Shown: positions 63,860 to 64,000 of the stretch, piece by piece | How the letters are laid out: every line of letters begins with the position of its first letter | Numbering within the stretch: the first letter of the stretch is position 1 | Origin: Raja brachyura | Taxonomy: Eukaryota | Assembly: GCA_963514005.1 (NCBI GenBank) | Contig: OY740804.1 | Span: forward strand, 19,654,001-19,718,000 | Length of the DNA stretch: 64,000 nt | Direction: 5' to 3' | Translations under genes and position numbers: made by a program | Notes under the pieces: generated by a model | Told to the model about the DNA's origin: nothing | Database searches by the model: none | The model's input: only the letters and a program-made list of their open reading frames with translations

Positions 63860-64000
63860 TTGTGTAGGAAAGAACGACAGATGCTAGTTTAAACCGAAGC
63901 TAGACGCAAAAAGCTGGAGTAACTCAGCGGGTCAGACAGCATCTCTGGAGGAAAGGATAATGGACGTTTCGGGTCGAGATCCACTTTCAGACTGAGTCAG
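63860..64000 (-). mobile_element. Penelope pLTR fragment
   Basis: GCTGGAGTAACTCAGCGGGTCAG..GACGTTTCGGGTCGAG; degenerate hammerhead core on the minus strand. Confidence 0.65.

Overview
Repeat-dense vertebrate genomic DNA, most likely from a cartilaginous fish (skate/ray-like; inferred from abundant CR1 LINEs with TTTCTATG-type tails, tRNA-derived V-SINEs and Penelope remnants). Most of the window is nested transposable elements: CR1, L1/Tx1, Rex1/Babar-like, Penelope, a rearranged DIRS1-type tyrosine-recombinase retrotransposon, a Harbinger MITE, a ~1-kb TAG...CTA DNA transposon family with 7-bp TSDs, and a non-autonomous Helitron. Two divergently oriented, paralogous CD2/SLAM-type Ig receptor genes can be rebuilt from splice signals. 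Gene A (minus strand) has leader + Cys-less IgV + IgC2, with the remaining exons not found. Gene B (plus strand) has Cys-less IgV + Thr-rich stalk/TM + ITIM + ITSM, a PD-1/Siglec-like inhibitory tail, and its probable leader exon is interrupted by a Penelope fragment. Other highlights are a Helitron carrying what looks like ALG13 exon 1 with its splice donor, IgV exons more diverged than their flanking introns, a minimal hammerhead-ribozyme motif just 3' of gene B, and a ~1.75-kb minisatellite built from a 32-bp piece of CR1 ORF2. Exon, TSD and terminus coordinates were counted by hand; boundaries of old repeats are approximate.
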